A DNA stretch of 63,089 nt, the filler included, from Octopus bimaculoides (taxonomy: Eukaryota): NCBI RefSeq assembly GCF_001194135.2. It is 5 parts of 5 records of this genome, joined end to end, with 100 filler letters (N's around TTAATTAATTAA, not from the genome) between each part and the next. Parts side by side here need not be neighbours in the genome. Positions count along the whole stretch, not along the records: positions 59,887 to 63,089 come from NW_026340627.1; 4 more parts are not named here. One strand, given 5' to 3'. A program made the translations under genes and the position numbers. How positions within the stretch are numbered: the first letter of the stretch is position 1; every line of letters begins with the position of its first letter. Of the stretch, positions 61,764 to 63,089 are shown piece by piece. The notes beneath the pieces were generated by a model. It saw only the letters and a list, made by a program, of their open reading frames with translations. It had not been told where the DNA came from and did not search any database.

Positions 61764-62932
61764 TACATACATANNNNNNNNNNNNNNNNNNNNNNNNNNN
61801 NNNNNNNNNNNNNNNNNNNNNNNNNNNNNNNNNNNNNNNNNNNNNNNNNNNNNNNNNNNNNNNNNNNNNNNNNNNNNNNNNNNNNNNNNNNNNNNNNNNN
61901 NNNNNNNNNNNNNNNNNNNNNNNNNNNNNNNNNNNNNNNNNNNNNNNNNNNNNNNNNNNNNNNNNNNNNNNNNNNNNNNNNNNNNNNNNNNNNNNNNNNN
62001 NNNNNNNNNNNNNNNNNNNNNNNNNNNNNNNNNNNNNNNNNNNNNNNNNNNNNNNNNNNNNNNNNNNNNNNNNNNNNNNNNNNNNNNNNNNNNNNNNNNN
62101 NNNNNNNNNNNNNNNNNNNNNNNNNNNNNNNNNNNNNNNNNNNNNNNNNNNNNNNNNNNNNNNNNNNNNNNNNNNNNNNNNNNNNNNNNNNNNNNNNNNN
62201 NNNNNNNNNNNNNNNNNNNNNNNNNNNNNNNNNNNNNNNNNNNNNNNNNNNNNNNNNNNNNNNNNNNNNNNNNNNNNNNNNNNNNNNNNNNNNNNNNNNN
62301 NNNNNNNNNNNNNNNNNNNNNNNNNNNNNNNNNNNNNNNNNNNNNNNNNNNNNNNNNNNNNNNNNNNNNNNNNNNNNNNNNNNNNNNNNNNNNNNNNNNN
62401 NNNNNNNNNNNNNNNNNNNNNNNNNNNNNNNNNNNNNNNNNNNNNNNNNNNNNNNNNNNNNNNNNNNNNNNNNNNNNNNNNNNNNNNNNNNNNNNNNNNN
62501 NNNNNNNNNNNNNNNNNNNNNNNNNNNNNNNNNNNNNNNNNNNNNNNNNNNNNNNNNNNNNNNNNNNNNNNNNNNNNNNNNNNNNNNNNNNNNNNNNNNN
62601 NNNNNNNNNNNNNNNNNAATAATAATAATACATACATACAGACATACATACATACATACATACATGCATGCATACATACATACATAATACATACATACAT
62701 ACATGTACATAAGTATGTGTATATACATATATTTACATATACATGCACACACACACACACACACACACACGCATATATATATGTACAGACACACACATAT
62801 ACATATATATACATAAATACACAGACTCACACACACACACACAGATTTGTATATGTATATGTATGTATGTTCGTATATATGTTTATAATTTCCGGCAATC
62901 GGCTTCCAATTCCGGAAATTATCATCATATAC

Positions 62933-62963
<31 letters not shown>

Positions 62964-63089
62964 TGTATGTATGCATGTATGTATGTATCAGTACACACAC
63001 ACACACACACACACACGCACGAGTATGCACACACTCATATTTATATGCATATATACATACGTATATAATATAATGTATATATATATATA

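Noticed and set aside
4052-63073. Long ORFs in the track (150-458 aa) spanning N-gaps and dinucleotide/trinucleotide tracts
   Set aside because: They are open only because N, (TA)n, (CA)n and (TAA)n reads lack stops; translations are X runs and YI/CV/TH/poly-I repeats.

Overview
Eukaryotic, AT-rich, repeat-saturated DNA from a draft assembly, with about 21 N-gaps totalling roughly 7.7 kb. Four gaps carry an artificial TTAATTAATTAA spacer. The SINE families and microsatellite load resemble an octopod cephalopod genome (inference, not checked). No complete protein-coding gene is visible, and almost all long ORFs in the track are microsatellite or gap artefacts. One plausible 103-nt coding exon lies on the minus strand (61495-61597). 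The window is a mosaic of at least five tRNA-headed SINE families, decayed Tc1/mariner transposases, an RTE 3' end, a 5'-truncated R4/Dong-type element in (TAA)n, Penelope-like (PLE) relics including a GIY-YIG pseudogene, a Helentron-associated-like element and a foldback element enclosing telomere-variant repeats. The most notable signal is a set of six hammerhead-ribozyme motifs from about four sequence families. They include an intact minimal PLE-type hammerhead (48319-48363, +) and an unusual hammerhead whose stem II is extended by a tandem G-A motif and a 50-nt insert (34027-34129, -). Also notable are a 106-nt pre-miRNA-like hairpin, a non-coding element that inserts orientation-specifically into (TAA)n, and a ~9 kb domain of systematic CpG decay.
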